From Lingula anatina (taxonomy: Eukaryota; Animalia; Brachiopoda): a DNA stretch of 64,000 bases. Location: contig CM120640.1 of assembly GCA_051362555.1 (NCBI GenBank), forward strand, positions 63,466,788 through 63,530,787, read 5' to 3'. This document shows, piece by piece, positions 62,999-64,000 of this stretch (its first letter is position 1; each line of letters starts with the position of its first letter). Under the pieces are notes generated by a model. The model did no database searches. It was not told the DNA's origin and was given only the letters and a program-made list of their open reading frames with translations. The position numbers and the translations under genes are program-made.

Positions 62999-64000
62999 AC
63001 GTGCTCATGTTACATTTGAATTACCACTGGACTTTACATACTGAAAAAGAACAAATTTCAAGATTAACCCCTCTGATTAACGTATTTATGGCTTGGGAGT
63101 TCAACACCCTTGAGCGTGAGCTCAGTGGAAAATTGGATAAAAAAAAACGAGAAACGAGATGAGAAACGAGTGAGGACAGAGTGATAAACATGCCGTCAAA
63201 CTGGCTAGTCGTAATAAATGATCTACATGTCTAAAGCCTTTAATCGTTATTTGTGTGTCGTTAAGAACACTTCGAATATGTGTTTCAGTTTGGTTAAAAA
63301 TAACGGGAGAATAAGCCGATCTAATGAAATCAGCTTCAGGAGAAAAATAGCCTAGAAGTATAGTGTTCATGATAAAAATGCTGTGAAAAATAATCAGATA
63401 CATCCAGCTGGTCGGGTGGTCATTTTAAACCGCAAATATGAAATTAATCAAATTCAACTTGATGCCACTAAAAACTTATTTCTCTGTTTATGTAGACTAG
63501 ATTACGCTAACTGAAGAAAGGCCTTGATTAGTGTGTACTAAAAAGTGTCTTACAAAGTATATTATGGCAAACTAATTTAAATCAGATGTTTTTATATTGA
63601 CGTGTATAAATATTATACACAAATTAGGCAAAGTTACTGACAATAAAGAGAAATTTCATAGACTAAGAGGAGTATAATAAGATAAATTAGTGTAACACAG
63701 AATGAACTTTTATGTTAAAAAAGTGAAAACACGTGTGCAGGGTGAAATATTCACGACAGGGCCCTGAAGGTAGACTTTAACTTGAATAAAAGAAGTTAGC
63801 ACAGTCATACACTGTTCTGTGTGATATCTGTCCTTACATGATTCCTGAAGGTAGGCGTCCCCGTGTTTTTTATCCAAAATTTGTGAAGCATGGAACCTTA
63901 ATATGCTCAAAATAACCTGTTTTTACTTTTTATTGCACCTGAGATCTAGCACTAAGAATGTCCTCCCACGTCTTGCTCATGCGTATCATTATTTCAATTT
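62422..64000 (+). repeat. Direct duplication (62422-62490 and 63933-window end)
   Basis: attgcacctgagatctagcactaagaatgtcc.cccacgtcttgctcatgcgtatcattatttcaattt occurs twice; the second copy runs off the window. Confidence 0.85.

Overview
AT-rich, intron-containing animal genomic DNA, most likely a mollusc or other lophotrochozoan (inferred from gene content and repeat types). I reconstructed eight protein-coding genes by hand; the seven spliced ones have canonical GT-AG sites and consistent reading frames. (1) A 3-exon Arg/Lys/Ser/Ala-rich protamine-like sperm nuclear protein (-), head-to-head with (2) phosphoserine phosphatase PSPH (+). (3) A ~22-exon, ~1290-aa gene (+) with an unusual CARD / TRADD-N-like / coiled-coil / vWA / 2x MIB-HERC2 architecture. 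(4,5) Two tandem family-92 glycosyltransferases (-), separated by a stack of DNA transposons. (6) A nicotinic acetylcholine receptor alpha subunit (-) with non-canonical gate and ligand-box residues. (7) A secreted fibrinogen-domain protein (+) whose third intron contains (8) an antisense, intronless NodZ/GT23-like fucosyltransferase. Mobile elements include a P-superfamily-like element carrying a spliced non-transposase cargo gene, a Mutator/foldback element with ~515-bp TIRs, several MITE families, Helentron-type elements, a Tc1/mariner remnant and a 5'-truncated LINE nested in a MITE. The best candidates for new biology are the death-fold/TRADD-N/vWA/MIB-HERC2 protein and the glycan writer/reader neighbourhood (GT92 x2, nested fucosyltransferase, fibrinogen-domain lectin). 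No database searches were run; domain calls rest on motif recognition.
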